A stretch of 60,672 nucleotides of DNA from Candidatus Omnitrophota bacterium (GCA_029560465.1 JAKQKX010000097.1:1-60672); one strand, 5' to 3'; counted from the stretch's first letter, positions 34,064 to 45,243 are shown. The notes: generated by a model not told the origin, from the sequence alone. Translations and numbers: made by a program.

Positions 34064-36226
34064 TCAGGGGCGCCTCACTTGTTGAATGATATCCTGGGCC
34101 AGGGACAGGCTGATTTTGTCAATCCCCGCCAGATCTTTCGCGGAAGCGGACTTCAAATCTGTCGCGTGTTTATAACCGTTTTCGTAAAGGTGCCGGGCCC
34201 GGATCCGTCCGATTCCTTTCAGGTGGGCCAGGGAGATCAGCTCTTCTCTAATTCCATACTTGACGCGGCTCCTTAAACTGGATAACAGGAGCGTGAGTTT
34301 TTTGTACTGGAAGAGTTCCGCGAATGTGATCGCCGCGTAAAGCAGCCATTGGACAGCCTCGATGTGCCGGTAGATGTCTCCCGGCCCGATATTGAAATCA
34401 TCGCAGATTTTCTCTTCCTTTTCTTCGTCGATCCAGCGGCATAGCATCATCGTTGTTTTCATGATGGACATATTGAGACCCAAGTCGGTGAGCATGGGGA
34501 AATCTTCTTCCTGGAGGATGATTTCGTCCTGGCAGTTGTAGGCAAAGGCTTCGATTTCTTCCCATTGGCTTTTCCAGTTTTTTAATAACGGGCTGTCGGG
34601 GCAGCAGCAGGTGAGGTGGAGTAACCCCAGATACGAAAAAGATTTGCCTTTGGCGATTTTATGCAGGCCGTCCCGGATGATGATGCTCGAGGCCGGGTCG
34701 ATGTACAGCCGGTTGGTGTACTGGCCGAACGGTGTCGCGAAAAAACGGAAGCCCTGTTTCTCGATGAAGTCCTCCTCCTGGAGGAAATCGAAGACGTTGC
34801 CGATCATTTCAATCAGGTTGAGGGTCCGCTTTTGATGGGCCAGGAATGTGTGGGAAATGAAATTAAAGGTGTCGTTGATGTCATGGACGTAATCCCCGGC
34901 GATGGACGCGAGGATGTGCGTCCGCAATGCGCTGTCCGACCCGAGCCGGCTGGTGACGGGTTCGGGATCGGCGTTGATGTAGCGTTCCGCCAGCGCTTTG
35001 GCTTCCCCCGGGGTTTTGGCGATGAGGACCGCTTCCCCGCAGTCATCATACTGCGGCCGGCCGGCCCGGCCCGCGCATTGCTTGTACTCGGAGACCGGGA
35101 TAAAGCTCGCGCCCAGCCCTCCTTCAAACCGTTTGACGTCGCGGATCACCGCCCGGCGGGCCGGGAGGTTGACCCCCGCGGCGAGGGTCGGGGTGGAGCA
35201 GACGATTTTGAGGAGGCCGTTTTTGAAATTTTCTTCGATCAATTTGCGTTGTTCGGGCTTCAGCCCGGCATGATGGAACGCCACGCCATGCTCTACGGCG
35301 TCGCCGAGCCTGCGGCAGATCCGCGTGGCGCTGTTTTCGGAGCCCCGGAGGGTTCTGGCCAGTTGAGCCAACACCCTGCGCTGATCGTCCGGAAGGAACG
35401 TGCCGGCCGTCCCGCACAACAGCCGGCTGGCGGCTTCGGACGAACGGCGGGAACTCGTGAAGACAAGCATTTGGCCTTTGCCTCGCAGCGTGTCGTCGGC
35501 CAGCTTGTTCAGGTCGGGGCCCGTCCCCTGGATGAGGCGGTTGGGCCCGTTATTGAAGCGGATTTCCGCGTTTAAATAAATGCCTTCCCTTAAGGGGATC
35601 GGCCGCCAGCGACTTTCGACGAGCCGGGCATCCAGCCATGACGCGATATCCGAGGCGTTGCTGACGGTCGCGCTCAGGGCGAGGAACTGCACTTTGGGAT
35701 TCAGCTGTTTTATGCGGGCCGCCAGGATTTCCAAGGTCGGGCCGCGTTCCCGGTCGTTCAGAAAATGGATTTCGTCCAGCACCACGACATGAAGCCGGTT
35801 GATGAGCCATTGAGTGCGGGCTCGCAGGAGGGCGTCGACTTTTTCCGCCGTGGCGACAAGGATGTGGTATCCGTTTAAGATATCATGCGCCGTATCGGTG
35901 TCTCCGGTCGCCAAACCGACTTTGATTCCAACGGAAGAATATTTTTTTTTAAGGTCTTCATATTTTTCGCTGGCCAGGGCTTTCAACGGCACGATATAAA
36001 GGCAGCGGCCGGGGGCAGACAGAAGCGCGCGCAGCATGCAGAGTTCCGCCACCAGGGTTTTTCCGGCGGCCGTTGGGACGGAGAGCAGGATATTCCGTCC
36101 TTCCAAGGCTCCGGCTTCGATGGCCTCGGCCTGCGGCGGATACAGCGTGCTGATCCCAGACCGGAGTAAAATAGCCTTTAGCTCTTCCGGGAATTTGTAT
36201 TGAGACAGGATTTCTTCTATGGTCAT
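34064..36226 (-). CDS. Ski2/Hel308-like superfamily 2 DNA helicase
   Basis: SVPTAAGKT, VVLDEIHFL, LSATVSN and HHAGL. C-terminal helix-hairpin-helix HLKGIGRIRARHLYENGY. The start is taken at MTIEEIL; the ORF track extends to 36346. Confidence 0.8.
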   Translation of the reverse strand: MTIEEILSQYKFPEELKAILLRSGISTLYPPQAEAIEAGALEGRNILLSVPTAAGKTLVAELCMLRALLSAPGRCLYIVPLKALASEKYEDLKKKYSSVGIKVGLATGDTDTAHDILNGYHILVATAEKVDALLRARTQWLINRLHVVVLDEIHFLNDRERGPTLEILAARIKQLNPKVQFLALSATVSNASDIASWLDARLVESRWRPIPLREGIYLNAEIRFNNGPNRLIQGTGPDLNKLADDTLRGKGQMLVFTSSRRSSEAASRLLCGTAGTFLPDDQRRVLAQLARTLRGSENSATRICRRLGDAVEHGVAFHHAGLKPEQRKLIEENFKNGLLKIVCSTPTLAAGVNLPARRAVIRDVKRFEGGLGASFIPVSEYKQCAGRAGRPQYDDCGEAVLIAKTPGEAKALAERYINADPEPVTSRLGSDSALRTHILASIAGDYVHDINDTFNFISHTFLAHQKRTLNLIEMIGNVFDFLQEEDFIEKQGFRFFATPFGQYTNRLYIDPASSIIIRDGLHKIAKGKSFSYLGLLHLTCCCPDSPLLKNWKSQWEEIEAFAYNCQDEIILQEEDFPMLTDLGLNMSIMKTTMMLCRWIDEEKEEKICDDFNIGPGDIYRHIEAVQWLLYAAITFAELFQYKKLTLLLSSLRSRVKYGIREELISLAHLKGIGRIRARHLYENGYKHATDLKSASAKDLAGIDKISLSLAQDIIQQVRRP

Positions 36227-36353
36227 GATCAAAAATGGTTTTGGCCCGTTCAGGCCCGGTATTTTGGAATGCTTTATTCTGTCATAATTTTTTTTGTTAG
36301 TAAATAGAGAAGAAAATTGATTCTGTCCATCGCCCTCACGCCGCATTATTCAG

Positions 36354-36382
36354 TTGACCCGCACGGCGTGGGTTATTATAAT
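36354..36382 (+). promoter_or_regulatory. Sigma-70-like promoter candidate (TTGACC-17-TATAAT) for dtd-tatD
   Basis: -35 at 36354-36359 and -10 at 36377-36382, in the divergent intergenic region. Confidence 0.5.
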
Positions 36383-36408
36383 CAATAAAATTGTTTTATA
36401 TTAATATT

Positions 36409-36882
36409 ATGAAAATCGTCATTCAAAGAGTAAAGTATGCCAGGGTGGAGGTCGAGTCCCGGTGCGTGGGGGCGATCGGGAAAGGGGCCCTGATATTTCT
36501 CGGTGTGGCCAGGGATGACACACCGGAAGACATCCAGTATCTGGTCCGAAAAGTGTCACACTTAAGGATGTTTGAGGACGCGGACGGGAAGATGAATTTG
36601 GCTGCCGGGGACGTTGCCGGGGAGTTTCTGGTGGTGTCCCAGTTCACGTTGCTGGGGAACTGCGGGAAGGGGCGCCGGCCTTCTTTTGACAAGGCGGCGG
36701 ATCCGGCCCTGGGAGAAGTTTTTTATAACCGGTTTGTGGAACACTTGCGCGCGCAGGGTTTTAAGGTTGAATGCGGCCGGTTTAGGGCCATGATGGATGT
36801 CATCCTGCTCAACGACGGGCCGGTCACATTTATCCTTGATAGCCGAGAGGCTCCCGGAAGGGTTGAGGAGGCCGGCCGTTAA
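36409..36882 (+). CDS. dtd: D-aminoacyl-tRNA deacylase
   Basis: [18 protein letters not shown] and NDGPVTFIL. Confidence 0.9.
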   Translation: MKIVIQRVKYARVEVESRCVGAIGKGALIFLGVARDDTPEDIQYLVRKVSHLRMFEDADGKMNLAAGDVAGEFLVVSQFTLLGNCGKGRRPSFDKAADPALGEVFYNRFVEHLRAQGFKVECGRFRAMMDVILLNDGPVTFILDSREAPGRVEEAGR

Positions 36883-36884
36883 AG

Positions 36885-37652
36885 ATGATTGATACACACG
36901 CGCATTTGGATCATGTCGAACACCTTCCGGATGTCCTGGCTGCCGCCGCACAAGCCGGGGTTTCGGCCATTATCGCCGTGGGAGAAGACCTCGAGTCCAA
37001 CCAGAAGAATCTTAAGATCTGCCAGTCAGCCCCGCGCCCCCGGGTTTACCTCGGGTTTGGTTTTCACCCGGACCGGGCGCACCGCCAGGATCTGGAGCCG
37101 TGTCTGGAGTTTATCAAGGCGCATGCCAAGGAGGCGGTGGCGATCGGGGAAATCGGACTGGATTTCTGGTACCCGTGGGTCAAAATAGACCCCGCGCTGC
37201 AGGAAAAACAAAAAGCGGTTTTCCGCAGGATGTTAGAGGCGGCGAAAGAGTGGGGCCTCCCGGCGATCATCCATTCCCGGGGCGCCTGGCAGGAGAGCCT
37301 GGATATCGCCCGGGAAACCGGAACTCGGAAAGCGGTTTTTCACTGGTACAGCGGGCCTTTGGACGTGTTGGAGGCGATCCTGGCCCAGGGGTATTATGTG
37401 TCCTGTTCTCCGAGCCTTTCTTATAGCAAGCCGTCACAAGCCGTTGTCCGGGCCACGCCTTTAGACCGGCTGCTCATTGAAACCGACACCCCCGTGTTTT
37501 ATCGTAACAGTGATGGCGGAGGCGGGTTTGCCGCTTCCCCCAAAGACGTCCGGATCACCCTGGAATGTGTTTGCCGGCTCAAAGAGCTGCCTCAACAAGC
37601 GGCGGCTGAAAGTTTAGATCAAAACGCCTGCCGGTGTTTTGCCTTAAAATAA
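36885..37652 (+). CDS. TatD family metal-dependent hydrolase
   Basis: MIDTHAHLDH, IGEIGLDF, IIHSR and ETDTP. Confidence 0.85.
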   Translation: MIDTHAHLDHVEHLPDVLAAAAQAGVSAIIAVGEDLESNQKNLKICQSAPRPRVYLGFGFHPDRAHRQDLEPCLEFIKAHAKEAVAIGEIGLDFWYPWVKIDPALQEKQKAVFRRMLEAAKEWGLPAIIHSRGAWQESLDIARETGTRKAVFHWYSGPLDVLEAILAQGYYVSCSPSLSYSKPSQAVVRATPLDRLLIETDTPVFYRNSDGGGGFAASPKDVRITLECVCRLKELPQQAAAESLDQNACRCFALK

Positions 37653-37748
37653 TCCAGTCTTTTATTTATAAATTTTTTATGTATAATTATCTAAGGTTTT
37701 GGTGATACGGTTGAGAGAATATTGTTCAAGGAAGGGAGTTAAAAAATT

Positions 37749-40079
37749 ATGAAAAAGGTCTTTTTAATCGTGCTTATGATCGCGGTGATTGGCTTAGTTG
37801 CCGGGGGAATATTTCTGTATTGGCAAAGCACGCGCCCTCCCCTGGCCGTAGAGGCGATCCTGCCTCCACAGCCGCTTATTTTTGTCCACATGAAAGATAT
37901 CGAGAAGAACCTTGATGAGTTTTCTCAAACCCGGTTCTGGCAGATTCTCAAAGGGATTGACTATATTAAATATATAAAAGAATCCGGCGGGAACGAAGAG
38001 GCCTTGGAGCGCTATAACACAATGATGAAGCAATTGTTTTCTGAAGAGATGAAGATTTTTGTCAAAACTTTTTTGGGGAAAGAAGTTGTCCTGGCGGTAT
38101 ATCCTGGAAAGGAAAACAGCCTTGATTCCCAGAATATGATGGAGGTCGCGTCCCAGACGTTTTTGGTCACCCGGCTTAAGCCGGAGCTGAAGTTTGCGGA
38201 AAAATTTTCTGGCCTGATGGGAAAGATAGACCCGAATATTAGCGTGGAAGAAGTGAATTATGAAAAGAATAAAATTTATCTGATTTCGGTCAAAGGGGCG
38301 CCTTTCAAGATCGGGTATACGCGGATTAAGAATCTGCTGGTGGTGGGGATCAATGACCAGGCGGCCCGCCGGTGCATCGATATTTATAAGAAAAAGGATA
38401 GCGCGTCCCTGAGAGCGGATGCGGATTACTTGCGGGTGCGGTCTCATGCGCACCAGGACGCGGATTTTTTAGGGTACATGAATTTTGTCAAGCTTATTGA
38501 GGACCTTAAGGCGCAAATCGTGGGCTGGCTTGCTGCCAACGGAGAAGACAGCGCGTTGTTTCTTAAGCAGGTGGAGGACAGTTTCAGGCAGGCCAAAGGG
38601 TTCCAGATGATGAGCCTTTCCGCGCTTCCAGGCCCGCAAACACGTTTGAAATTAGACATTCATTATGACAGGGATGCGCTTGAGCCGGACGTCAGGCCGC
38701 TTTATGAGTGCGCCCCCCAGGAGAATGCCTCCCTTCAGTTTATCCCGCGGGACGTGCTGGGCTATCAGTGGAGCCCCTGTTATGATTTTGAATATTATTG
38801 GCAGCAGGCGCCTGAAAAAATGGGGGATGCTTTGCTGGCAAAAGGGGTCGAGGCCGATCCGGAGGAGTTTATCGCCGGGTTGGAACAGGCTTTAGGGATT
38901 AATGTTAAAAATGACCTTATCCCGGCCCTCGGCCGCGAGATGGGCTGGTTTTGGACGGACGTTTCTCTCGATCAGCTTGTCCCTGTTCCGCAACTGGCGT
39001 TCTATATCAAAACCGCGGATCAAGAGAAGGTTAAAACCCTGATACGTGACTTGATTGCGAAACAGTCTTTTGTCCGGGCGGAAACCGAAACGGTTGATGG
39101 TGAGGATATTTATTTCTTTAAAATTCCCATGATTGAGAATTTAGAGCCGACCTATTCTTTCTTGGATGGATATTTGATTATAGCGACCAGCCGGGATTTG
39201 ATCAGGCAGGCGAAGGCCGCGAAGGCGGGGGACAAGCCGTCCATTCTGAAACAGGCGGATTTCCAGGAGCCGAATTTGGGCTTGTCTGCGAAAAATAACG
39301 CGGTGGTTTTCTTAAACGTTCAGGGCATTGCCCAGAAAGCCGATTCTATTCTGGAATGGGGCGCTGGATGGGCGGATCAGCAGATTGCCAAACAGAAAGC
39401 GTTTCGAGACGGGACGGAGAGAAGGATGCAGGATGTGATCGATGATATTGTTTCTAATAAGGATCAGGTGAGCAGCCTGGAAGCCGAGATAGAGAGCCTG
39501 AAAGAGCAGAAAGATGCGATTGTGGAGCAGCCGGAAGAAGTGCTGAAAGTCGACCGGGAGATTGAAAGGATCGATAAATTTTTGGAAAACCTGGAGAAAA
39601 GCCTTGAACCGGACCGTGAAGAAGAACGCCAGCTTAAGTCTGTTCAGGATGATGAGAATTTTCTTTTGCCTCCGGAAGGGCTGGCGCGTTTGAAATTTCT
39701 CCAGGATAGCATTAAAAAGAAACAAACAAAGAAAGATTCCCTCAATGAGGAAAAACAGGCTTTCCTGAATCAGAGGGAAGACCTGACTTCTGTGGACCGG
39801 AAGAAAGCCAAAATAGAACAGGCCATCGCGGACAAGACCGAGGAGATTGAACGGTTGAAGGGTGGTATTAGCGCCGGGATAGACACGCAGGCTGAGCTGG
39901 AAGCCATGCTCATGGAGATAGATTCCCGGAAGACATTAACACCGGCCCAGCGGGAAGACGTGATTCAGGGATTGGTTAAACCGTTAATTCAAGCCGTAGG
40001 CCAAATTTCCACATTTTCGGCCAAGGTGAATCTTGGCCCAAAAATTATAGAGATGGAAAGTTTTCTGAAAATTAAATAG
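37749..40079 (+). CDS. Hypothetical membrane-anchored protein with C-terminal coiled coil
   Basis: N-terminal anchor, a roughly 500-aa globular region, then heptad-rich E/K/Q sequence. Confidence 0.55.
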   Translation: MKKVFLIVLMIAVIGLVAGGIFLYWQSTRPPLAVEAILPPQPLIFVHMKDIEKNLDEFSQTRFWQILKGIDYIKYIKESGGNEEALERYNTMMKQLFSEEMKIFVKTFLGKEVVLAVYPGKENSLDSQNMMEVASQTFLVTRLKPELKFAEKFSGLMGKIDPNISVEEVNYEKNKIYLISVKGAPFKIGYTRIKNLLVVGINDQAARRCIDIYKKKDSASLRADADYLRVRSHAHQDADFLGYMNFVKLIEDLKAQIVGWLAANGEDSALFLKQVEDSFRQAKGFQMMSLSALPGPQTRLKLDIHYDRDALEPDVRPLYECAPQENASLQFIPRDVLGYQWSPCYDFEYYWQQAPEKMGDALLAKGVEADPEEFIAGLEQALGINVKNDLIPALGREMGWFWTDVSLDQLVPVPQLAFYIKTADQEKVKTLIRDLIAKQSFVRAETETVDGEDIYFFKIPMIENLEPTYSFLDGYLIIATSRDLIRQAKAAKAGDKPSILKQADFQEPNLGLSAKNNAVVFLNVQGIAQKADSILEWGAGWADQQIAKQKAFRDGTERRMQDVIDDIVSNKDQVSSLEAEIESLKEQKDAIVEQPEEVLKVDREIERIDKFLENLEKSLEPDREEERQLKSVQDDENFLLPPEGLARLKFLQDSIKKKQTKKDSLNEEKQAFLNQREDLTSVDRKKAKIEQAIADKTEEIERLKGGISAGIDTQAELEAMLMEIDSRKTLTPAQREDVIQGLVKPLIQAVGQISTFSAKVNLGPKIIEMESFLKIK

Positions 40080-40087
40080 GGGGGCGT

Positions 40088-40465
40088 ATGGATTCATTTC
40101 AAAAAGGGCTGGAAACCCTTAGGGAGATTGATCCGTTATCCGGGGATCGGATCATGAAAATGCTGGAGGATATCGCTCCGGACATGGCCCGCTGGATCAT
40201 TGAATTCCCGTTCGGAGAAGTCTATTCCCGGCCGGGCCTGGATTTGAAAACCCGGGAGCTTTTAACCATCGCTTCGTTAACCACGCAGGGCGCGGCTTCC
40301 CCGCAATTGGAGAACCATATCCACAACGCGTTAAAGGTGGGGTGTTCCCGGGGGGAAATTGTGGAGGCGATTTTGCAGATGGCGGTTTATGCGGGTTTTC
40401 CTAAAGCCCTGAACGCTCTTTTCACGGCCAGGGCCGCTTTTTCGGATAAGGCGCCCGGGTTATAA
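40088..40465 (+). CDS. Carboxymuconolactone decarboxylase family protein
   Basis: [23 protein letters not shown] ... [16 protein letters not shown]. Confidence 0.8.
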   Translation: MDSFQKGLETLREIDPLSGDRIMKMLEDIAPDMARWIIEFPFGEVYSRPGLDLKTRELLTIASLTTQGAASPQLENHIHNALKVGCSRGEIVEAILQMAVYAGFPKALNALFTARAAFSDKAPGL

Positions 40466-40692
40466 GCGGCGGAGCCGTCTCCCGTACGGCTTAATCATGA
40501 ACGTCGGGGGAACCCCTTGGTCACGCTGTTGGCTTGGCAAGTTTGTCCTTTCCCGGTTTTGGGCATGGCTGTCATTGTCTTTCCTTAAAATTGTATCCAC
40601 ATCATCACGGCTGATCAGCACGCTTCCAGAACCTGCCGGTGCAAGCATGGCCGGGAACAAGATTGTCATAATCTTTAATAAGGAGGTCCTGT

Positions 40693-41382
40693 ATGTCCTC
40701 AAAAGTTAACCCTGGACGCGTTGTAGTTCTGGTTTTTGTGTGCGGGATTATTGTGGCGGCGGCATGGGGGGGGCGACAGATTTATAACGAGTATATCCAG
40801 AAAAATAAAATACTGAATTTGATGATCAGCCGGCTGGAAGCGGATTCCCGCATCGCCGAGGTCCTGGTGACGGATGTTGTTTTCAACCCCATGACCCAGA
40901 AACATATGACGACCATTAAGTTCCTGGAATATGATGCCCTGCAGGAGCCGATGCCACCTAAGTATTTCACGTTCAGCGGCAATATCATCCAGTTCCAGTC
41001 TTTGGTCGTCCGTTTTGATGATGTTTATGTTAAACAGGGCGACCCGTTAAAAGGGAAAAGCGCTTACCTTTTCTGGAAAGTATTTGTGCTGGACGGGAGA
41101 AATACAGAAGAATATATTGTGACTCCAGTCCACAGCATTCCTGAAGGGTATAAGGTCCCCGGAGGAGACCATGATTTTGAACAAAAACTCTGGCGGGAGT
41201 TCTGGTCGCTTGCCCTGGATTCCAAGAAGGCGATTTCCAAAGGGATCAAGAACGCGCAGATTGAGGCCCCGGGAACTAAATTCGTGCCGGGGGTTCTTTA
41301 CACCCTGAAAATCGAGCATGACGGCGGGATCAGGATTGACACCCAACCGATTCCCGCCGTGTTAAGAGGGGAAAAATTGTAA
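40693..41382 (+). CDS. Hypothetical membrane-anchored protein
   Basis: Strong SD AAGGAGG and a single N-terminal helix. No family recognised. Confidence 0.55.
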   Translation: MSSKVNPGRVVVLVFVCGIIVAAAWGGRQIYNEYIQKNKILNLMISRLEADSRIAEVLVTDVVFNPMTQKHMTTIKFLEYDALQEPMPPKYFTFSGNIIQFQSLVVRFDDVYVKQGDPLKGKSAYLFWKVFVLDGRNTEEYIVTPVHSIPEGYKVPGGDHDFEQKLWREFWSLALDSKKAISKGIKNAQIEAPGTKFVPGVLYTLKIEHDGGIRIDTQPIPAVLRGEKL

Positions 41383-41442
41383 GCCGGGGCCCGGCCTTTT
41401 GTCCGCGTTTCCGGTTTATTTTAATGAAGGAGTTAGAACTGC

Positions 41443-43080
41443 ATGAGAGTCGCATATCCATGGAAAGGGGTTATGGCTGGTCTTGCCCTGTCCCTGTTGG
41501 CCGTGCTGGGGCCGGCGGCGGAAGCGTCCGGCACCCGGACGTTTTTTCAGCAAGCGGTCGAAGCGTTTAATCATCAGAATTTTGAATCGGCTTATGATTT
41601 TTACCGGGTCGTCCTGGAGGAAGACCCCTCTAACCTTGAAGCCCGCAGTGGATTATTGTTATGCCAGATCAACCTCGGAGAGCCGGTTGCGAGATTGGAG
41701 GCCGCGCTGAAGACGGAACTCGTCGAGAACCCTCGGGATGCCATCGTTTTGTTCAGCCTCGGCGTCCTGTCGGATTTAAAAAAGGATCCGGCCGCGGCCG
41801 TGCCATATTATGAGGCGGCGTTAACGGCGGCCCCGGAGCCGGCGGAAATTTATCTGGTGTTATTGAATCTCAAGCTCAAATATTATCCGGATGATCCCGC
41901 CATCCCCCGTTATCTGGAAGGGCTCGACCGGATTTCCCCGAATTCTTATCTGAACTATGCCGGTCAGGCCATGTATTATTTGTCTTTAGCTGAAAGGGAG
42001 CCTGCGCGGGAAGGGATGGTTTCAAAATTGAACCTGGCTGTGCGGGCGGCCCGGGAGGCGCAAGCCCGGCGGCCTTATTCGATCACTCCGTATTATTTCC
42101 TTTCTTCCGGCGCGCTTATGGCCGGGGACCTGGAGCAAACCAAGGGCCTGCTGACCCAGGCGATCGCGCTGGCGCCGTTAGACAGCCTGCTCCACATGAT
42201 TTTGGCTTCGCTTTACCTGCAGGAAGAAAATTTTGAAGAGGCTCATCAGCATTTCGTTATTGCTAAAAAGAGCCTGACCGCGTTGGACCGGCTGGGCGGG
42301 CATGACCGGTCGATTGAAACGTTCCTCAAGATCACCAAGATCCAGAACCGTGTCAAACCCTGGGTCCATCATGCCGCCGCTTTTTTGATCTTGATTTTTT
42401 CCGTGATTCTGCATGAATATATGCATGGCTGGATGGCCTTTAAACGGGGGGACCACACCGCGCATGCCCTGGGCCGGCTGTCCCTTAACCCGTTGGTGCA
42501 TATTGACTGGTTTGGCTCTGTGTTGCTTCCCATGGTTTTGCTGATGAGCAAATCCCCGTTTTTGATCGGATGGGCCAAGCCGGTTCCGGTTAACCCGGGG
42601 AATTACAAGCATCCCCGGTGGGATGATGCCCTGGTGTCCCTGGCCGGCCCCGGGGTTAATATCGTGATCGGCCTGATATTCGCAGGGGCCCTGGTGGCCT
42701 TTGGGCACTATTTCAAGAGCCAGGGGTATGTGTCTTACGGGTTCAGTGCGCTCGGGGCGAACACAATTGTCGCCGGCGGGCACGGCAGGGAGCTGTTGTT
42801 GACATATGGCGTGAATGTCTGCAAATACGGATTCGTGATCAATCTGCTGTTGGCCGGGCTGAATTTGCTTCCGATCCCCCCGTTGGACGGGTCGCACGTT
42901 TTCAGGGCTCTGCTGCCTTTCCGCTGGCTCGATAAGCTTTTTGCGTGGTTAAGTTCCTTCGGCCTGGCCATTGTCGCAGCCCTGGCTTTTTCCGGGATAT
43001 TGGAGTCTCTCCTGCTGCCGGTTTTTGTTGTCCTGCAGGTTATTTTAATCATGGTCGCCCGGATATACGGGTTGGGTTAA
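41443..43080 (+). CDS. TPR-repeat domain fused to site-2 protease family (M50) metalloprotease
   Basis: Signal/anchor and TPR-like repeats in the first roughly 300 aa, then HEYMHGW and NLLPIPPLDGSH. Confidence 0.75.
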   Translation: MRVAYPWKGVMAGLALSLLAVLGPAAEASGTRTFFQQAVEAFNHQNFESAYDFYRVVLEEDPSNLEARSGLLLCQINLGEPVARLEAALKTELVENPRDAIVLFSLGVLSDLKKDPAAAVPYYEAALTAAPEPAEIYLVLLNLKLKYYPDDPAIPRYLEGLDRISPNSYLNYAGQAMYYLSLAEREPAREGMVSKLNLAVRAAREAQARRPYSITPYYFLSSGALMAGDLEQTKGLLTQAIALAPLDSLLHMILASLYLQEENFEEAHQHFVIAKKSLTALDRLGGHDRSIETFLKITKIQNRVKPWVHHAAAFLILIFSVILHEYMHGWMAFKRGDHTAHALGRLSLNPLVHIDWFGSVLLPMVLLMSKSPFLIGWAKPVPVNPGNYKHPRWDDALVSLAGPGVNIVIGLIFAGALVAFGHYFKSQGYVSYGFSALGANTIVAGGHGRELLLTYGVNVCKYGFVINLLLAGLNLLPIPPLDGSHVFRALLPFRWLDKLFAWLSSFGLAIVAALAFSGILESLLLPVFVVLQVILIMVARIYGLG

Positions 43081-43112
43081 TCCTTATCAGGAAACCTGAA
43101 GAGGAGGAAAGA

Positions 43113-43478
43113 ATGAGCGATAAAAGACGATGTCACCGTTTAATGGTGGAGTTGCCTGTGAGTTTCCCTTCTCCGGGGAATAAAGAGGAAATAGTCTTGG
43201 CGGCTACGATGGATATCAGCGCGACAGGCATTTGTCTTGTGACCAAAGAGCCGTTGGAAATCGGGCAGGACCTCGCTATCCAGGTGGAGCTCCCAACGGG
43301 GGAGAAGCCGGTTATTCATGTGAACGTGATCCGGGTGGAAGAGATGATCGGAATGGAGGTCATGGGCGGTTTTAAAGAATATAAAATCGGTTTTAAGATT
43401 ACCGGCCCGGTGGAAGAGGATGAGGCCATTTTTGTCCGGTATTACGCCGAGAAATTGAAGGAAGTTTTTGAGAAATGA
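43113..43478 (+). CDS. PilZ domain protein
   Basis: SD GAGGAGG. RRCHR (RxxxR) and DISATG (DxSxxG). Confidence 0.75.
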   Translation: MSDKRRCHRLMVELPVSFPSPGNKEEIVLAATMDISATGICLVTKEPLEIGQDLAIQVELPTGEKPVIHVNVIRVEEMIGMEVMGGFKEYKIGFKITGPVEEDEAIFVRYYAEKLKEVFEK

Positions 43479-45214
43479 ATAACCAAATATTGGCCGATTT
43501 ATTCAACCGAATGGGCACGCTCCTTGAAATCCGGGGGGAAAATGCTTTCAAAATCCGCGCCTATCATCAGGCGGCGGACCGGCTGTCCCAACTGGCGGAA
43601 GATGTCCGTGTCCTGAGGGATCAGGACCGCCTTTCCGGTATCCCCGGCGTGGGAACGGCTTTGAAAGATAAGATCGTCGAGTACCTGGATTCCGGCCGGG
43701 TGTCGGCTTACGATAAACTGGTCGAAACGGTCCCGGAAAGCCTCTTGGATATCGTGCGGGTTCCCAGCGTCGGCCCCCGGAGGGCCCAACTGTTTTTTGA
43801 GCATTTGAATATCCGGGATATTGACGGGCTGGAGAGCGCCGCCCGGTCCGGAGCCCTGGCAGAGTTGCCGGGGATCAAAACGAAGGCGGTCGAGAATATC
43901 CTGGAGGGGATCCGGATCGTCCGCCAGGCGCAGTCCTTTATGATGCCGGACGAAGCCGACCGCGTGGCTGCCTATATTATTGAGGAGTTGACGAAGCTGC
44001 CGGGGATCAAACAGGTTGAAGCGGCGGGCAGTGTCCGGCGCCGTAAAGAAGAGATTCGTGATATTGACATCCTGGCCGCGGCTTCCGATGCCGGCCCGGT
44101 GATGGACACTTTTGTGTCTCTCCCCCGGGTGAAAGCGGTTCAGGCTCAGGGGCCCACAAAATCGTCTGTCCTCATGGCTGATAGCGTTCAGGTTGATTTG
44201 CGGGTTGTAGACCCGGCCTGTTTCGGGGCGGCATGGCTTTATTTTACCGGATCGAAGAATTTTAATATCCGGTTGAGGCAGGTGGCGCTCCGACAGCGGA
44301 AAAAGGTCAGTGAATACGGAATTTTTTCGACCGCCGGGCCGGAAGAAATCCGTCTGGCTGGAGAAACGGAAGAAACCTGCTTCCGGGCCCTCGGCCTGCC
44401 GTTCATCCATCCGGAGCTGCGGGAAGAAATGGGCATGGACCGGATTTTTAAAGGGGCGGACCCCCGGGAGGACCTCCTTATCCCGGAGTTGATCCGGCTG
44501 GAAGATATCAGAGGGGACCTGCATGTGCATTCGGACTTTTCCGACGGCAAGAGCTCGATTCGTGACATGGTGGCCGGGGCGGCGGCCAGAGGGTATGAAT
44601 ACGTCGGCATCAGTGATCATTCGGCCAGCTTGACCGTGGCCGGAGGGTTATCTCCGGAAGACTTGAAGCGGAAACGGGTTGAAATCGAGCGGGTTCAGAA
44701 AGAGTTCCCCGCTTGCCGGATCCTTTTCGGGACCGAGGTGGAAATCGACGCGGATGGAAATATCGATTATGACAGCGGGGTGTTAAAAGATTTTGATTTT
44801 GTTATCGCAGCGATTCACACGGGCTTGGAGCAGAGCCGGAAGCAGCTGACGCGCCGGCTGGTGAAAGCCTGTCGTAACAAATATGTCCACGCGATCGCTC
44901 ATCCCACGGGCGTGCATAAGGGGAAGCGGGACGCTTATGAGGTTGATCTTAAAGCGGTCTGCGATGCGGCGGCGGAAACGCGTACGTTTCTGGAAATCAA
45001 CGCCTTCCCGGTCCGGCTTGACCTGAATTCTGAGAACGTTTATTATGCCCGGCAGCGGGGGGTGTCTTTCGTGATCGACACGGATTCCCACGCCACGGTC
45101 CATTTGGGGCATATGCCGTACGGCATCGGCGTGGCCCGGCGGGGATGGTTGACAAAAGAACAGGTCCTGAATACCCTGCCTTTAAAGGAATTGCTCAAAG
45201 TTTTACAGAGATAG
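43475..45214 (+). CDS. polX: DNA polymerase/3'-5' exonuclease PolX (family X polymerase + PHP domain)
   Basis: AFKIRAYHQAADRL, GSVRRRKEEIRDIDIL and the PHP motif GDLHVHSDFSDG. Confidence 0.9.
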   Translation: MNNQILADLFNRMGTLLEIRGENAFKIRAYHQAADRLSQLAEDVRVLRDQDRLSGIPGVGTALKDKIVEYLDSGRVSAYDKLVETVPESLLDIVRVPSVGPRRAQLFFEHLNIRDIDGLESAARSGALAELPGIKTKAVENILEGIRIVRQAQSFMMPDEADRVAAYIIEELTKLPGIKQVEAAGSVRRRKEEIRDIDILAAASDAGPVMDTFVSLPRVKAVQAQGPTKSSVLMADSVQVDLRVVDPACFGAAWLYFTGSKNFNIRLRQVALRQRKKVSEYGIFSTAGPEEIRLAGETEETCFRALGLPFIHPELREEMGMDRIFKGADPREDLLIPELIRLEDIRGDLHVHSDFSDGKSSIRDMVAGAAARGYEYVGISDHSASLTVAGGLSPEDLKRKRVEIERVQKEFPACRILFGTEVEIDADGNIDYDSGVLKDFDFVIAAIHTGLEQSRKQLTRRLVKACRNKYVHAIAHPTGVHKGKRDAYEVDLKAVCDAAAETRTFLEINAFPVRLDLNSENVYYARQRGVSFVIDTDSHATVHLGHMPYGIGVARRGWLTKEQVLNTLPLKELLKVLQR

Positions 45215-45243
45215 GAGCCTGTGTTAAATACTGGAATCCACGG

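Noticed and set aside
43499-44620. Long antisense ORFs opposite well-supported genes. This 373-aa ORF lies opposite polX. Similar cases are 34661-35575 opposite the helicase, 49304-50173 opposite glyQS, 52380-53180 opposite ppdK, 53688-54332 opposite the sigma gene, 42178-42897, 37794-38453 and 9246-9872.
   Set aside because: Each lies fully inside a gene with clear family motifs on the other strand. Their translations are Arg/Pro/Gly-rich low-complexity sequence typical of stop-poor antisense frames in GC-rich coding DNA.
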